In this document: positions 62,871 through 64,000 of the stretch, piece by piece
Layout: the number at the start of each line of letters is the position of its first letter
Position numbering within the stretch: position 1 is the first letter of the stretch
NCBI GenBank assembly: GCA_903885375.1
Contig: CAISIK010000061.1
Span: 1,224 to 65,223 of the forward strand
DNA length: 64,000 bases
From: an uncultured Pseudomonadota bacterium
GTDB taxonomy: Bacteria; Myxococcota_A; UBA796; SXON01
Reading direction: 5' to 3'
Program-made: the position numbers and the translations under genes
Notes under the pieces: model-generated
What the model saw: only the letters and a program-made list of their open reading frames with translations
What the model was told of the DNA's origin: nothing
Database searches by the model: none

Positions 62871-63331
62871 AGTTCACGGTCAACGGCAAGGCGGTGGAGG
62901 TGTCCGCCACCCCCGACACGCCGCTTTTGTGGGTGCTCCGCGACCACCTCGACCTCACGGGAACGAAGTTCGGCTGCGGACTTGCGCAGTGTGGCGCCTG
63001 CACCGTCCACCTCGATGGTCGGGCCATCCGCTCCTGCGTCACGCCCGTGGTCGAGGTCCAGGGCCGCACCGTCCGCACCATCGAGGGGCTCGCGCCCGAG
63101 CAGGGGCTCCACCCCGTGCAGACCGCGTGGATCGAGGCCGGCGCGCCGCAGTGCGGATATTGCCAGAGCGGACAGATCATGAGCGCGGTGGCGCTCCTCG
63201 CCGCTGTTCCCGACCCGACCGACGCCGACATCGATGCCGCGCTCTCCCCGAACCTCTGCCGCTGCGCCACCTACCCGCGCATCCGCGATGCGGTGCACCG
63301 TGCGGCCGCAAGGATGCGTGATGCGCGCTGA
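62867..63331 (+). CDS. [2Fe-2S]-binding small subunit of the molybdo-hydroxylase
   Basis: 154 aa; ATGA overlap. Two Fe-S motifs, [12 protein letters not shown] and [11 protein letters not shown]...CRC. Confidence 0.9.
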   Translation: MKFTVNGKAVEVSATPDTPLLWVLRDHLDLTGTKFGCGLAQCGACTVHLDGRAIRSCVTPVVEVQGRTVRTIEGLAPEQGLHPVQTAWIEAGAPQCGYCQSGQIMSAVALLAAVPDPTDADIDAALSPNLCRCATYPRIRDAVHRAAARMRDAR

Positions 63332-63896
63332 TCTCCTCGGTCTGGCGCTCGCGTGGGTGTCGTCGGCGTCCGCGGCCCCGCCGTCGGCGCCCGTCGCGCC
63401 GCCCCCACCGCCGCCGGTTCCGGTGGAGGAGGGCATCGCCGCGTTCCGCGCGGTTGCCTCCGTCCTGCAGAGCCCGCGCTGCCAGAACTGCCACCCCGCG
63501 GGGAACGCACCTTTGCAAACGGATGCGAGCGTGCCGCACAGCATGGGCATCACGCGGGACAGTCCCCGCGTGGGGCTCGACTGCGCCACGTGTCACCGCG
63601 AGGTCGGCCTCGGGCTGCCGCTCGTGCCCCCGGCCAACCCCCAGTGGCACCTGCCGCCGGCCGTGCAGGTCTTCGAGGGGCGCACCCCCGCCGAGTTGTG
63701 CGCCCAGCTCAAGGACCCGGCGCAGACCGGCGGGCGCGACCTCGCCGCGCTCCAGGAGCACGTGGCTGGCGATCCGCTCGTGCTCTACGGGTGGGATCCG
63801 GGCGGCGGGCGGAGCGTTCCGCCGCTGAGCCATGCCACCTTCGTGGCGCGGTTCCGCACCTGGGTGGAGGCGGGCGCACCCTGCCCGTCGCCGTGA
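63321..63896 (+). CDS. Secreted dihaem c-type cytochrome-like protein
   Basis: 191 aa from ATG 63321 (11-nt overlap with the upstream gene). Signal peptide [11 protein letters not shown]; two CxxCH motifs (CQNCH, CATCH). Confidence 0.6.
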   Translation: MRADLLGLALAWVSSASAAPPSAPVAPPPPPPVPVEEGIAAFRAVASVLQSPRCQNCHPAGNAPLQTDASVPHSMGITRDSPRVGLDCATCHREVGLGLPLVPPANPQWHLPPAVQVFEGRTPAELCAQLKDPAQTGGRDLAALQEHVAGDPLVLYGWDPGGGRSVPPLSHATFVARFRTWVEAGAPCPSP

Positions 63897-64000
63897 TCCT
63901 CGGCTACCTGCTCGTGGCGGGGGCCGCGCTCTTCTGGCTCGGCGTGGCGGCGAAGGTGGCCGGCGGGCGCTCGGACACCCGCTACAAGCTTGGCCCCGAC
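63893..64000 (+). CDS. Partial ORF (5' end only), probable membrane protein
   Basis: GTG 63893 forms a GTGA overlap with the preceding stop. It is open to the window edge and encodes a hydrophobic start, [20 protein letters not shown]. Confidence 0.25.
   Translation, partial: MILGYLLVAGAALFWLGVAAKVAGGRSDTRYKLGPD

Noticed and set aside
1-64000. Search by eye for tRNA/rRNA genes, CRISPR arrays, IS elements, integrases, toxin-antitoxin pairs and known phage-defence genes
   Set aside because: No cloverleaf-like or rRNA-like conserved stretches, no spaced direct repeats and no transposase/integrase/reverse-transcriptase motifs appear in any frame. The non-coding space totals only about 2-3% of the window (roughly 1.8 kb summed over the gaps between my gene calls). 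Small ncRNAs cannot be excluded without covariance-model scans.

Overview
Very GC-rich (about 70% by eye, with strong G/C third-position bias) bacterial chromosomal DNA. It is extremely gene-dense. I call 54 protein-coding genes on both strands, many joined by 1-4 nt stop/start overlaps (ATGA, TGATG, GTGA). I recognised no rRNA, tRNA, CRISPR array, transposase/integrase or prophage gene. Because of the GC content the six-frame track is full of long spurious antisense or out-of-frame ORFs (up to 1960 aa). Real genes were chosen by recognisable family motifs, amino-acid composition and translational coupling. Contents in order: (1) carbamoyltransferase and an OPA-type MFS transporter; (2) 5'-nucleotidase lipoprotein, TlpA-like redoxin and a cNMP-binding protein; (3) addB-addA helicase-nuclease; (4) a coupled operon of PPC-repeat lipoprotein, CotH-family lipoprotein and alpha/beta hydrolase; (5) trpS, a sigma-70-family factor, an NTF2-like protein and an M19 dipeptidase; (6) a LuxC-like reductase converging on an operon of class-III aminotransferase, LuxE-like acyl-protein synthetase and a lipoprotein; (7) Kelch lipoprotein, mpl, a DUF2064-like protein and a bacterial GH3 homologue; (8) a tail-anchored kinase-like protein lacking the catalytic Asp, then pepA; (9) rlmI, an AstE/AspA-type deacylase and rsmI, then a NAPRTase; (10) an operon of a class III nucleotide cyclase (FHA-like C-terminus) plus two stand-alone cNMP-binding proteins, divergent from a complete 12-gene type II secretion operon gspCDEFGHIJKLMN; (11) directly downstream, a cassette of a triple lamin-tail-domain protein ending in a MYXO-CTERM-like sorting tag, two Cys-rich lipoproteins and a small unknown protein; (12) an unknown protein, an EEP-family lipoprotein and a three-gene molybdo-hydroxylase (Tat-signal Mo subunit, 2Fe-2S subunit, dihaem c-type protein). 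Gene content and protein style suggest Myxococcota, but this is inference only. The best follow-up candidates are the T2SS with its adjacent tagged/Cys-rich cassette and divergent cyclase/cNMP module, the LuxC/LuxE/aminotransferase cluster (possible acid -> aldehyde -> amine route), and the CotH operon. All functional calls come from motif recognition by eye; no database search or computation was possible.
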